DNA from: an uncultured delta proteobacterium
GTDB taxonomy: Bacteria > Desulfobacterota > RBG-13-43-22
Reading direction: 5' to 3'
NCBI GenBank assembly: GCA_963790475.1
Contig: CAWBOS010000013.1
Span: forward strand, 96,001 to 160,000
Length of the DNA stretch: 64,000 bases
Position 1 is the first letter of the stretch; each line of letters opens with the position of its first letter. Below the pieces are notes generated by a model that saw only the letters and a program-made list of their open reading frames with translations, had not been told where the DNA came from and searched no databases. Positions 29,826 to 40,000 of the stretch are shown here, piece after piece. A program made the translations under genes and the position numbers.

Positions 29826-31498
29826 TTCTTGAGTTCCTGAACCATTTCTTCCAGGTTCAAGGCCTGGAGGCCAAGCCGGTTGCTGATTTGGACCAGGGGA
29901 GGCGGAGCCAGAGAAGCCCCGGCCAGTTTCGATTCCTGGGCAAAAACATAGCGCGAAGGACCATCCAAGATAATCGACCCTTCTTTTAAGACGACGGTTC
30001 GGTGGGCATACTCGGCCGCCACCCACATGGAATGGGTGATGATAATAATGGTGTGGCCTCTTTGATTTAAACGCCTGAGGAGGTCCATCATACGGCGCTG
30101 TTGGATGTAATCCAAACCGGTGGTCGGTTCGTCAAGAATAATGACCTTGGGCCGTACCGCCAGCACCGAGGCTACGGCTACCCGCTGCCTTTCCCCCTTG
30201 GTAAGGGTAAAAGGGAGTTGCTTTTCGTAACCCTGTAACTCGACGACTTCCAAGGCCTCGACCATACGCTGTTGGATTGTTTTTGAATCCATTCCCAGGA
30301 CCTTCAGCCCGAAACTGACTTCCTCTTCAACCGTACGGGCAAAGATCTGGTGATCGGGGTTCTGAAAAATGTACCCCACTTCCTGAGCCAGATCTTTATG
30401 GCTGAAGGACATAGTGGGTTTTCCCCGGACCAGCATGCGTCCGGCCGTGGGTTTTAACAGGCCGTTACAATGTTTGGCCAAAGTGGTCTTGCCGGAGCCG
30501 TTTTGTCCCAAGAGGGCAATAAATTCGCTTTCTCTTACCTTCCAGTTGATTCCCCTCAAAACCTTGACTTGCTGAGAGGGATAGTAATATTCTAAACTAT
30601 CGGCTTGTAGGATAAAAGGACCTTCGTCCTGAACAGAGACTTCCCCAGGAGGGATATTCCCCCGCTTTGGGATCAGATCAAACCTTTCAATCAGGTCCAT
30701 GGCTTCAGTCACGGTCAACGGCCGGCCGGGCCAGTTCATGGTTTGAAAAAGTTCCATCAGGGCCGGAGGCTTAATCCCGCAGGAGATTAGGTTCGACGTA
30801 TCCGTCAGAATCTCTTGGGGAGGTCCTTGAGCGATTAATTCCCCATCTCGCATCAGCCAAATTTGATCGGCATCCACGGCCATCTCCGGCTCCGGGGCCA
30901 CCATCACCAAGGTGCGTCCCTCCTGTCTTAAATTCCGGGCTATGGTCAGCACCTCTTCCGCACCCTGGGGATCCAGATCGGTGGTCGGTTCATCCAGGAC
31001 CAGGATATCGGGTTCCTGGATCAAGACCGAACCAATCGCCAGACGCTGTTTCTGGCCGCCGGAGAGGGTGGCCGGCTGCCGCTGTTCAAAATGCTCCAGG
31101 CCGATTGCCGTCAGGTATTTCTGAATACGTTTTTCTATTTCAAGATGTGGTAGACCATGATTCTCCGGACCAAAGGCCATCTCCAATTCCACATTAGTGG
31201 AAAATAGTTGGGACTCAAAATCCTGAAAGACCAGTCCTACAAGACGCGACATGCCGGCAACTTTCAGCTTGGCTGCTTCTTTTCCTTTAACTACGACCCG
31301 GCCCTGATAGGAGCCGCGGAAAAATTTGGGGATCAGGGCATTGAAGGAATAACATAAGGAAGACTTGCCTGCTCCGCCGTGACCCATGATACAGACAAAG
31401 GAACCATCTTCGATTCGAGCCGAGAAGTTTTTTAAAGCCGGTATCTCTTTCCCGGTATAGGTGAAAGACAGATTCTCGATGGAAACGGCGGTAGTCAT
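29822..31498 (-). CDS. Fused tandem ECF ATPase (EcfA-EcfA')
   Basis: Two ABC domains: GHGGAGKS/LSGGQKQR/LDEPT and GQNGSGKT/LTKGERQR/LDEPT. Confidence 0.93.
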   Translation of the reverse strand: MTTAVSIENLSFTYTGKEIPALKNFSARIEDGSFVCIMGHGGAGKSSLCYSFNALIPKFFRGSYQGRVVVKGKEAAKLKVAGMSRLVGLVFQDFESQLFSTNVELEMAFGPENHGLPHLEIEKRIQKYLTAIGLEHFEQRQPATLSGGQKQRLAIGSVLIQEPDILVLDEPTTDLDPQGAEEVLTIARNLRQEGRTLVMVAPEPEMAVDADQIWLMRDGELIAQGPPQEILTDTSNLISCGIKPPALMELFQTMNWPGRPLTVTEAMDLIERFDLIPKRGNIPPGEVSVQDEGPFILQADSLEYYYPSQQVKVLRGINWKVRESEFIALLGQNGSGKTTLAKHCNGLLKPTAGRMLVRGKPTMSFSHKDLAQEVGYIFQNPDHQIFARTVEEEVSFGLKVLGMDSKTIQQRMVEALEVVELQGYEKQLPFTLTKGERQRVAVASVLAVRPKVIILDEPTTGLDYIQQRRMMDLLRRLNQRGHTIIIITHSMWVAAEYAHRTVVLKEGSIILDGPSRYVFAQESKLAGASLAPPPLVQISNRLGLQALNLEEMVQELKK

Positions 31499-31634
31499 AT
31501 TAGCGGTGACAAGTGGCGGGTGACAAGTGACAAGATAAAATGTCCTTCCTCGGCATGAAAAAGTTGAAAGTAAAGGGCCTAGAGCATGTCCTCGACGCTC
31601 CGCCCTGCCCTCTCTACCTTTTTTCCCTGCCCGG

Positions 31635-32382
31635 TTAAAGCAAAAAACTCCCGATTAGGATGCCTGTGGTAGAAACCCAACCCAGGATGCCCACTTGAAA
31701 ATCGGCCAACAGCCCGCCAAAAAGACCAAACAGAGAGGCTATGGTGACCAACCAGGCCCCCAAGGGACCGGTTATGGGTTTACCCTGGTCGGTATCATCC
31801 ATGACATCTTCCCAATAAAGATGAAGATGATCCTTGACCAGCTTAAAGACCGAGGTCAGCAGGATAACCCCTATAAAACTGCCTACGGTATTATTGAGGG
31901 TGATAATTTTTACCAGGACGTTATAGGGAACTACGCCCATGAGATCGACAAAGATACTGATAACCACCGCGCAGGCTGTCGCTGAAATAAAGGCAATCAA
32001 AAAGTAAGCCACCCAATTAAGCCAGGTTCGGACCTCCCAGGAGAAGGTCTTTTGATGAAAAGGAATCAGGGTCAGTCCAAAGCGTATAGGGCAGATAACC
32101 AAGAAGGAAATTGCCCACAAACCCGGCCAGGGAAGAAGGAGTCAAGGTGCCGCCGAAGATGTCGCCGATCAGATTGCCGATGGCCGAACCCCAGGCACCG
32201 GCCGGTCCGAACATCAGCCCGAAGGGCATGGGAAAAATGTTTCCAACCCGGACCTCGGTGATACCCGGGATCAGGGGAATGGCGGTTTTAAAGGCCAGCA
32301 GGGCGGCGCTGTAGATGGCCGCACAAACCGCGGTCAGGATGATCATCCGGGTATTTCTCCACATGGTAAAGACGGCTTTCAT
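31635..32382 (-). CDS. ECF S component, QueT-like (one +1 frameshift near 32073, probable sequencing error)
   Basis: IPGITEVR..FGLMFGPAGAWGSAIGNLIGDIFGG; continues as TLIPFHQK after removing one base. Confidence 0.8.
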
Positions 32383-32493
32383 GGAACCCTCCTTTCCTTA
32401 ATGTAAAAAAAAAGTAAAAAATCAGTTCGGAGTTCGGAGTCCTTAAAGGTATCTCGGGGTTCTCTGAACACCGAACTCCGAACTTTTTTCTTC

Positions 32494-33732
32494 CTAATCC
32501 TTCCTCAAATACTGCATGGTCCCGTCCTGCACTACGGCCACCCTGGCCTGTCCGGGAAAATCCTTTTCCAGAATGGCCAGGCAATCCGGCCAGGTTTTGA
32601 CAAAGATCGCATCATCTACATGACAGATCAGGTCTATCCCTGTCCGATCCGGATAAGGGGCCATGACAATCAATTTTTTCATCAAATGGGGCATAAGACC
32701 GCGAGTTCTGGGCGTATACTGGCGTCCCCCGTAATCTGATCCCCAGGCCCGAAACACGTAATGGGGGACTTGCCCTTCGGGGGCGTCTGAGATCAGGATC
32801 GCAATTCCCTCCCTGGGTTTCAGGGTTTGTAAACCCAGACCGAGGGCGATGGCCGATTCATTGGCCTTGCCATAGGCATTGCTGACCACCAGATCGAAAC
32901 CGGTGGAATAGGGAATTCCATAATGCTCCTTTCCCTCTTGTCCTCCGGCTTCGTGGGTGGCCCGGAACGAACCGGCATAGAGGTTGGTGATCTCTCCCCG
33001 GCGGTTGATCAGGCAATCCACCTTGAAATTGAGCCCAACGGCATCCCCGGCGGCATCACACTCGGCCCTCATGATGTTATTTTCGAAGTTGCCCAGGCCG
33101 GTGCGCGATGGATCCCGGGAAAGCTGGTTATGGAACTGGTTAATGGTTTCGATCCCGGCTACCCCCGGCAGGATCAGTTTGGCCCCTCCGCCGAATCCCA
33201 CGTGGACATGCGGGGTGATGCAGCCGATCCCGATTTTCAGGTCACAGGACATAAATTCCCGGTTGTACCAAAGTTCCACTCCGGTCGGGGTCCTCCCTAC
33301 CCTGACGGTGTTTTGGAAAGGATCATGGTTGAAGACGGCATAGTTTTCCACGATCTCCTCCCCTAATTTCTTGCGGGCATTGATCATGTCATAGGCCCCA
33401 TGTCCGCCCAAGGCCCACATAAAACGGATCTGATCTTTCTTCAGGCCCGCCCTATGGAGGGGGTCCAAGATATGCGGGGCAATGTCCTTGACCGGCGTGG
33501 GACGGGTCATGTCGTCAAAGACAATAATGGCCTGGTTTTTTCCTTGGGCTATTTCTTCCAAGCGAGGTCCTTCAACCGGGGTATCGATCTTTTCTTTTAT
33601 TTGTCCAAGGGTGAGTCCGGGTTTTTCAAATCCGGGAGAATTGAGGTTCTGAATATTCCAGCGATCCGGAAAGGTCAATTCCCGTTCTTTATTTTCATAC
33701 CAGAGTCGGGAGGGAACAGATATCTTCTGCAT
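32494..33732 (-). CDS. LarA-family (DUF2088) nickel-pincer racemase/epimerase homologue
   Basis: FDDMTRPTP, ALGGHG, NHDP, PHVHVGFGGGAKLILPGVAG; start at ATG 33732 (MQKISVP). Confidence 0.85.
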   Translation of the reverse strand: MQKISVPSRLWYENKERELTFPDRWNIQNLNSPGFEKPGLTLGQIKEKIDTPVEGPRLEEIAQGKNQAIIVFDDMTRPTPVKDIAPHILDPLHRAGLKKDQIRFMWALGGHGAYDMINARKKLGEEIVENYAVFNHDPFQNTVRVGRTPTGVELWYNREFMSCDLKIGIGCITPHVHVGFGGGAKLILPGVAGIETINQFHNQLSRDPSRTGLGNFENNIMRAECDAAGDAVGLNFKVDCLINRRGEITNLYAGSFRATHEAGGQEGKEHYGIPYSTGFDLVVSNAYGKANESAIALGLGLQTLKPREGIAILISDAPEGQVPHYVFRAWGSDYGGRQYTPRTRGLMPHLMKKLIVMAPYPDRTGIDLICHVDDAIFVKTWPDCLAILEKDFPGQARVAVVQDGTMQYLRKD

Positions 33733-33968
33733 GACAGATTTCTCCTTTTGAAGGTTTTCGACCAAGAAGAGTTGGCTTGATTGGAAGGAGTATAGGGTAT
33801 GAAGGTTTTGGGTGTCAACGAAAAGGTAATATCCGATTTTAGAGGGAGTTAGACTGAAGGCTGAAGGCCGAAGGTAAAAGATTGAAAGCAAAAGGCGGGT
33901 TTTTCCCTTATTCCTATCCCCTTCAGCCTTCAGTCTTCGGTCTATGAACCTAAAAGATAATATTTTTC

Positions 33969-34013
33969 TTGACAAGGCCGATAAAAGATCTTATGTTAGT
34001 TAACACTATGAAC
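33969..34013 (+). promoter_or_regulatory. Sigma70 promoter and operator of marR
   Basis: TTGACA 33969-33974, 17 bp, TATGTT 33992-33997; operator-like GTTAACACTATGAAC 33999-34013. Confidence 0.65.
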
Positions 34014-34487
34014 TATAAATTCCATAACAATTCTTCTAAATTAGAAGATTATCAGTCAGGACGGCTCAGGGAATTAATAGAAGAAATCATTCATTGTTGC
34101 CAGGAAAGGGTCCTATTCCAATCCCAAAAATTTAATCTCACTCCAGCCGAATTGCGGTGTATCTCGCTGTTTAACAACGAAAAATATTTGACGACCAAAG
34201 GAATGTCCCAAAAGTTAGAGGTGGCCAAGAGCCGGGTAACCAAGATAATGGAGGGATTAACCCAGAAGAAGCTGGTCCAGTGTATCGATGACCCCAAGGA
34301 TGCCCGTGTGAAACTAATCCGCCTGACCCAGACCGGATATAATAAATACAATGAAATAAATCAGTTTATGAAAAATATCCATTACCAGTTGTTGACGAAT
34401 TTGAGCACCGGGGACCGGAAGTCAGTCCTTAGTGCCTTGGAACTGCTGCGTTCCTCCATGGAGGTAGTCAAGGAAAAACTGGTATGA
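34008..34487 (+). CDS. MarR-family transcriptional regulator
   Basis: LTPAELRC..LEVAKSRVTKIMEGL..DPKDARVKLIRLTQTG. Confidence 0.9.
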   Translation: MNYKFHNNSSKLEDYQSGRLRELIEEIIHCCQERVLFQSQKFNLTPAELRCISLFNNEKYLTTKGMSQKLEVAKSRVTKIMEGLTQKKLVQCIDDPKDARVKLIRLTQTGYNKYNEINQFMKNIHYQLLTNLSTGDRKSVLSALELLRSSMEVVKEKLV

Positions 34488-34506
34488 CCTATTGGGGGAT
34501 AAATTT

Positions 34507-34521
34507 GTTAATACTATTAAC
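34507..34521. promoter_or_regulatory. Perfect palindrome, putative MarR operator
   Basis: GTTAATA-C-TATTAAC, 13/15 identical to the site at 33999. Confidence 0.65.
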
Positions 34522-34547
34522 TTTAATTGTAAAGGGGAGGAAAAATC

Positions 34548-35096
34548 ATGGCGGAAGATTTTGAAAAACAATTAGCGGAACTGAAAAGTAAGGTGGAGGC
34601 CCTGGCCTCCGATCAACCGGAAAATAAAATCTCTATGATCGTTTTCAGCGGTGACCTGGATAAGGCCCTGGCGGCCTTTGTCATCGCCACCGGGGCCGTG
34701 GCCATGGGCATGGAAGTGGTCATGTTTTTTACCTTCTGGGGTACCCCTTTGTTGAGAGATAAACTCAAAAAAGTCGGGGGAAAAGATATGATGGGAACCA
34801 TGTTCGGGGCCATGTTACCTAAAGGGACCGGTCAGGTTAAGTTATCTAAGATGAATATGGCCGGGATGGGTACGGCCATGATGAAGTCCCTGATGAAAAA
34901 GAAAAATGTCGCTTCCTTGGAACAGATGCTGGAGATGGCCGGGGAATTGGGCGTAAAGATCTTTGTCTGTGAAATGTCGATGGACCTGATGGGTTTCAAA
35001 CGCGAGGAGATGATCAGCTACCCGGATATGACCTATTGCGGGGTAGCCAAGTTCCTGGAAGAGGCTATGCACAGCAAAATTCAATTATTCATATAA
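34548..35096 (+). CDS. DsrE2/DrsE-like sulfur relay protein
   Basis: FSGDLDKA, FFTFWG, LSKMNMAGMG, CEMSMDLMG. Confidence 0.9.
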   Translation: MAEDFEKQLAELKSKVEALASDQPENKISMIVFSGDLDKALAAFVIATGAVAMGMEVVMFFTFWGTPLLRDKLKKVGGKDMMGTMFGAMLPKGTGQVKLSKMNMAGMGTAMMKSLMKKKNVASLEQMLEMAGELGVKIFVCEMSMDLMGFKREEMISYPDMTYCGVAKFLEEAMHSKIQLFI

Positions 35097-35118
35097 GTAT
35101 TCCAAGGAGGGAAAAAAC

Positions 35119-35358
35119 ATGGAAGAGTTCAAAGTCGATAAAGTGATGGACCTGAAGGGACTACCCTGTCCCATGCCGGTAGTCAAAGTCAGCAAAGGGA
35201 TAAAAGAGGTCCAGGTGGGACAGGTCATCGAAGCCATAACCACCGACCCGGGGGCCTTGTCCGATTTTCCGGCCTGGGCCAGGACCAGCGGTAACGAGAT
35301 CCTCAAAACCGATCAAGGGGATGGGGTTATCAAGATCTATATCAAACGAAACAAATAA
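35119..35358 (+). CDS. tusA: TusA/SirA-family sulfurtransferase
   Basis: DLKGLPCPMPVV, TDPGALSDFPAWA. Confidence 0.9.
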   Translation: MEEFKVDKVMDLKGLPCPMPVVKVSKGIKEVQVGQVIEAITTDPGALSDFPAWARTSGNEILKTDQGDGVIKIYIKRNK

Positions 35359-35418
35359 GCGATTTTTATCCTGTCCGGTCCCTTCCCTATCTATGGAAGG
35401 GACTATGGAGGATTTTAT

Positions 35419-36129
35419 ATGAAAACCCTGTACTATCTTATTCTGGTCCCCATGGTCTATCTGGCCTTCCTGGTTTTTATCGTGGGGACCCTGGTTCAAA
35501 GTATCCGTATATGGCGAACGCCCAAAAACCCGACTACCTTGCAGATCTTCCCTGAAAAGAAACCTAAATGGCTCTGGACCTTTCTCGACAGCTTTCTGCT
35601 GCCCACGGTCCGCCGGCATGCCCCGGTGCGCTGGGTTATTCTCATGATTTTTCACCTGGCCCTGCTGTTGTTGATTATCGGTCATCTGGAACTCTTTAAG
35701 GGATTTACCTTTTTTCAATTCTGGAGGCATGAGATCTTTTTGGGAAAAGGCTTTGTCGGTCTGGCCCTGTCCCTGGCCCTTCTCTACTTCCTTTTCCGTC
35801 GCTTTCATTCCCCCACGCGGGATCTATCCGTCCCCGAGGATTATTATCTGATCCTCCTGCTCTTTCTGACCATGCTCTTCGGCGCTCAAATGGATTGGGC
35901 CAGGAGGTGGTACGGCTATGGGGAACTGAGTCCGGGAGATTATCAAACCTATATGACCAGTCTTCTGGTATTCAAACCCCAGCTGCCTGAGGCGGTCTAT
36001 CAGACCGGCCATTCTTTTATGCTCGTCTTGCATATCTTTTTTGCCAACCTCTTTATCATGCTTTTCCCCTTCAGCAAGGTCATGCATTCCATTTTCAGTA
36101 TCCCTATGAATAAATTAAGGAGGGGTTAA
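35419..36129 (+). CDS. NarI/DsrM-like membrane cytochrome b
   Basis: Five TM with His pairs FHLALLLLIIGH and LHIFFANLFIMLFPFSKVMH. Confidence 0.85.
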   Translation: MKTLYYLILVPMVYLAFLVFIVGTLVQSIRIWRTPKNPTTLQIFPEKKPKWLWTFLDSFLLPTVRRHAPVRWVILMIFHLALLLLIIGHLELFKGFTFFQFWRHEIFLGKGFVGLALSLALLYFLFRRFHSPTRDLSVPEDYYLILLLFLTMLFGAQMDWARRWYGYGELSPGDYQTYMTSLLVFKPQLPEAVYQTGHSFMLVLHIFFANLFIMLFPFSKVMHSIFSIPMNKLRRG

Positions 36130-36131
36130 TC

Positions 36132-37388
36132 ATGGATTCGCAAACTCAAAAAGATCTGTTAAACCTATTTCAATCCAAGTTAAACCAGGCCATGAAGTTT
36201 TATCTGGAGACCTGTACCCGTTGCGGGACCTGTACCGAGGCCTGCCACGTCTATGCCTCCATGGGCCAGAACAAATATATCTCTTACTACCGGCATGAAA
36301 TCGTCCGCCGGCTTTATAAAAAATATTTCAAAAGTTCGTTAAACCCCTCGGCTGTCCTGGGGGAATCCAAAGAATTGACTGATATGGCCATGGAGGAACT
36401 CTATGAGGCCGCCTATTCCTGCACGGGCTGCCGCCGCTGCATGGTTTATTGTCCTTACGGCATTGACACCCAGATGCTGATGTCGATTGCCAAGCTCTTA
36501 TTGGTCGGAAACAAATCGGAGCCGGAAATCCTGTCCATGCTGGCCGACATGTCCATTGAGAAGGGGAAGTCGCTGGAGCTGTTCAAGGAGGGTTTTCTCT
36601 CGGCCATAAAAAACCTGGAGTCCCAGGTGGTGGAAAAATGGAAGAGCGAGGCCGGTCAAACCCCTATTCCGGTGGATAGGGAGGGAGCGGATATGCTCTA
36701 TGTCGCCCTGGCCGGGGCGCATTCGATCGTCCCGGCAGCGGCCATCTTTAATGCCGCCAAAGAGAACTGGACCTTGAGTTTTTTTGAGGCCGTCAACTTC
36801 GGGGCTTTTCTCGGCGACCCTTCCCGGACCAAGCTGATCCTGAACCGGATCGTTGATGAGGCTTTGCGTCTCCGGGTCAAAGAGGTCTGTATCTGCGAAT
36901 GCGGAACGGCCTTCCGGGTCATGAAACAGTTGTCCGGAAAACAACCCTTCCGGGTCAGCTCCATCACCGAGGTTCAGGCCCGTTATTTACGGGAGGGACG
37001 GATTAAACTGGACAAGGAAGTCTTCAACAAAGTCCCGGTTACCTATCACGATCCCTGCCAGATCGCCCGCAATGCCGGAGTGATTGATGAGCCCCGCTAC
37101 ATCTTGCGCCAATTGACTGCTGATTTTCGGGATATGACTGATGATGTGCGTTATAATTGGTGCTGCGGCGGCGGCGGCGGTTTGGTCGCCCTGGGGGAGG
37201 ACAACCTGGAATTTCGGATGAAATCGGCCAGGGTCAAGGTGGAGCAGGTCAATAAAACCGGGGCCAAGATTTTGGCCACGGCCTGCGAAAACTGCCATAC
37301 CCAACTCAGCAATCTGAACGACCATTATCAAATGGGCCTGGATGTCCGATTTCTCTCTTCCATGATAGCCGAGGCCCTGGTGGCCTAG
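36132..37388 (+). CDS. DsrK/HdrD/TmcB-like Fe-S oxidoreductase (CCG domain)
   Basis: CTRCGTCTEAC, CTGCRRCMVYCP, YHDPC, CCGGGGG, ACENC. Confidence 0.9.
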   Translation: MDSQTQKDLLNLFQSKLNQAMKFYLETCTRCGTCTEACHVYASMGQNKYISYYRHEIVRRLYKKYFKSSLNPSAVLGESKELTDMAMEELYEAAYSCTGCRRCMVYCPYGIDTQMLMSIAKLLLVGNKSEPEILSMLADMSIEKGKSLELFKEGFLSAIKNLESQVVEKWKSEAGQTPIPVDREGADMLYVALAGAHSIVPAAAIFNAAKENWTLSFFEAVNFGAFLGDPSRTKLILNRIVDEALRLRVKEVCICECGTAFRVMKQLSGKQPFRVSSITEVQARYLREGRIKLDKEVFNKVPVTYHDPCQIARNAGVIDEPRYILRQLTADFRDMTDDVRYNWCCGGGGGLVALGEDNLEFRMKSARVKVEQVNKTGAKILATACENCHTQLSNLNDHYQMGLDVRFLSSMIAEALVA

Positions 37389-37411
37389 ACCGAAAAAAGG
37401 AGAAGAACCTA

Positions 37412-37600
37412 TCACGGCTCATCTTCTCCTCTGGCGGATGATTTTCTCCGGTTACGGACAGTGACAAAAATATAGTAGATCATTAGAAAAGGAAGAACGC
37501 CCAAGGCCAAATCAAAGCGGCCTTTAAAGAGCTGATAGGTGCTGAATCCTACGATCAGGAGAATAAAAAAAAGTTGAAAAAGAGCCGCGGCCTTTACCAT
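37412..37600 (-). CDS. Small two-TM membrane protein
   Basis: 62 aa, two hydrophobic helices and a basic tail. Confidence 0.6.
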   Translation of the reverse strand: MVKAAALFQLFFILLIVGFSTYQLFKGRFDLALGVLPFLMIYYIFVTVRNRRKSSARGEDEP

Positions 37601-37775
37601 GATTGACGGTCCTTTCTTATCACCGGCGATCTTATTATGCTTTAGAAAATGATGGAATCAAGGGAATACGTTATACGTTTGATGAGTTAACCATACGATT
37701 AATCACGAGTCAGAGCCCAACCTATTATATAGGCAAGGATTTCATGGAATCGTTTATTAATGAAAGGAACAAGCC

Positions 37776-38399
37776 ATGTCGTGTTCTATCAGCAAAGCAT
37801 TGATTGAAAAAACCATGGCCTTTCATGGCCATTGGTGTCCGGGGTTAGCTATCGGAATCAGGGCCTCCGAGTTGGCGCTCCGGAGATTAGGGGATCCCGG
37901 AAAGGCCGACTGGGTGGCCGTTGTGGAAACCGATATGTGCGGGGTGGACGCCATCCAGGTCCTCACCCACTGTACCTTCGGCAAAGGGAATCTGATCCAC
38001 CGGGATTACGGGAAAATGGCCTTCAGCTTTTTCGATCGCCAGGGGGGGAAAGGGTTCCGGGCCGTATTCAATGCCAACCTTCAGGGCGAGACCGGAAAGG
38101 AAATACAGGCACTGATGAAAAAGACGGCGGATGGGTCGATCTCGGATCAAGAAAAACAACGTTCCGAAGAACTGCGTCAAACCCTTCCCGATATCTATAT
38201 GAACGCTGAACTGGAAGAGATGTTTTCCATCACCGATCTGCCGACTCCGGCCCCACATCCGGCCCGGGTGTTGCAAAGCCTGGCTTGTGAGCGTTGCGGA
38301 GAAATGACTATGGAATCCCGCACCCGACGATTGGACGGGAAAATCTTTTGCATCCCCTGCTTTGCCGAAGTGGATCAAAAATCTGAAGGTTTTTCATAA
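37776..38399 (+). CDS. FmdE/FwdE-family protein with C-terminal zinc finger
   Basis: FHGHWCPGLAIG, ETDMCGVDAIQ, CTFGKGNL, CERCGE..CIPC. Confidence 0.9.
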   Translation: MSCSISKALIEKTMAFHGHWCPGLAIGIRASELALRRLGDPGKADWVAVVETDMCGVDAIQVLTHCTFGKGNLIHRDYGKMAFSFFDRQGGKGFRAVFNANLQGETGKEIQALMKKTADGSISDQEKQRSEELRQTLPDIYMNAELEEMFSITDLPTPAPHPARVLQSLACERCGEMTMESRTRRLDGKIFCIPCFAEVDQKSEGFS

Positions 38400-38459
38400 A
38401 AGGCATTTTTAAAACCTAACCCGGACAAGCCGGAACCATATTTGAAATATTGTAACATT

Positions 38460-38575
38460 TGGTGGATTCGTAAAAAGTCACCGAAAGCCTATTTTCGTCA
38501 TTCCCTTGAAAAAGGGAATCCAGTGTTTTTAATAAGTTGAGAATAGCCTGGATTCCCGCCTCCGCGGGAATGACG
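38460..38575. repeat. REP/MITE-like palindromic repeat
   Basis: ggattcgtaaaaagtc; gtcattcccttgaaaaagggaatccag; ctggattcccgcctccgcgggaatgac. Confidence 0.8.
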
Positions 38576-38620
38576 ACGAAATATTCTATCCAATTTGAGT
38601 AGAATTCTATTCCTAAGTTA

Positions 38621-39640
38621 CTAATGGCCTCCAAAAATACTTTTATACTCCCCGTACCCTTCCTTTTCCAGATCTTCCTTGGGAATGAAACGCAGGGCAG
38701 CGGAATTAAGACAATAACGCAGCCCCGTGGGTTTCGGTCCGTCGGGAAAGACATGCCCCAGGTGGGAATTTCCATGTTTGCTTCTAACCTCAGTGCGGTT
38801 CATCTGGTGGCCGGAATCCACTTTTTCCACAATATTATTCGGGTCCACGGGTTTGGTGAAACTCGGCCAGCCGGTTCCGGAATCATACTTGTCTAAGGAA
38901 CTGAACAGGGGCTCTCCGGAAACAATATCCACATAAATTCCTTCTTTTTTATTATCCCAGTAAGCATTATTAAAGGCAGGCTCGGTACCGTTTTGTTGAG
39001 TCACTTCCAACTGCAAAGGGGTCAGTTTTTTCTTTAAGCCAGCTTCATCTGGTTTCCGATACTCTTTTTTCCCTTCGGAATTGGGGCTCTTTTCCCCCCA
39101 GTTATTGATAATGAACTGGTCTCTTCCTGATCCCCAGCGGTAGTTCCGGTAGCGCAAGGGATTTTTCTGGGAATAATCCTGATGATACTCTTCAGCCGCA
39201 TAAAAAACGCCGGCTGGTTTTATCTCGGTCACGATAGGTTTGGAAAATCTTCCGGAACGAGCCAAGGCCTCTTTTGAGGTTTCGGCCATTTTTTTCTGCT
39301 CTTGGTCATGATAAAAAATTACCGTTTTATATTGCGAACCCCGGTCGGCAAATTGGCCGCCGGGATCAGTCGGATCAATATGTCTCCAGAAAACGTTCAG
39401 TAACCCCTCATACGATATCCGGGCCGGGTCATAATGGACCTGGATCGCCTCCACATGTCCCGTCGAACCTTCTGATACTTCTTGATAGGTGGGATTTTTT
39501 TTGCGGCCGCCCGTATATCCTGAGACCACTCTGATCACTCCCGGTAATTTTTTATAATCGGATTCACTGCACCAGAAACAACCACCGGCAAAGGTGGCAA
39601 TTTTTACAGTTGAATTCTCCTGATTCATTATTTTTTTCAC
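38621..39640 (-). CDS. msrAB: Bifunctional methionine sulfoxide reductase MsrA/MsrB
   Basis: [35 protein letters not shown]. Confidence 0.95.
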   Translation of the reverse strand: MKKIMNQENSTVKIATFAGGCFWCSESDYKKLPGVIRVVSGYTGGRKKNPTYQEVSEGSTGHVEAIQVHYDPARISYEGLLNVFWRHIDPTDPGGQFADRGSQYKTVIFYHDQEQKKMAETSKEALARSGRFSKPIVTEIKPAGVFYAAEEYHQDYSQKNPLRYRNYRWGSGRDQFIINNWGEKSPNSEGKKEYRKPDEAGLKKKLTPLQLEVTQQNGTEPAFNNAYWDNKKEGIYVDIVSGEPLFSSLDKYDSGTGWPSFTKPVDPNNIVEKVDSGHQMNRTEVRSKHGNSHLGHVFPDGPKPTGLRYCLNSAALRFIPKEDLEKEGYGEYKSIFGGH

Positions 39641-40000
39641 CCCGTCTTTAGATTCTGCGGTTTGTTAACAAGATGGTGTGATAGTGACCAATACAGCGAC
39701 AAAAACCAACCATGGCCCCACCCTATCTATTCCTGTCATGATTTTCTTCACTCTTCGATTGGGTGCCTTCTCTTTTTCTTTGAATTCTTGCAACGAAGAA
39801 TATAGCTTCCAAAATATCAAAAAGAGTTCCCCGGGATGGATTAGGATATATGATAAGAACTTCTCAGGTAAGTTACAAGGGGGAGGGGGAGGAAGGGCTT
39901 ACTGATTATTCCGGCAGGGTTAGACCCTTTATACGGAGTCGGAATTCCCTTAAAAGGGAAATTTAATGGTGGGTATGTTTTTCATGGATAATGAACCAAT

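Noticed and set aside
35419-37388. Canonical dsrMK or narI of a respiratory complex
   Set aside because: No dsrJOP, dsrAB/C or narGH nearby, and the Fe-S protein is shorter than typical DsrK; reported only as -like.
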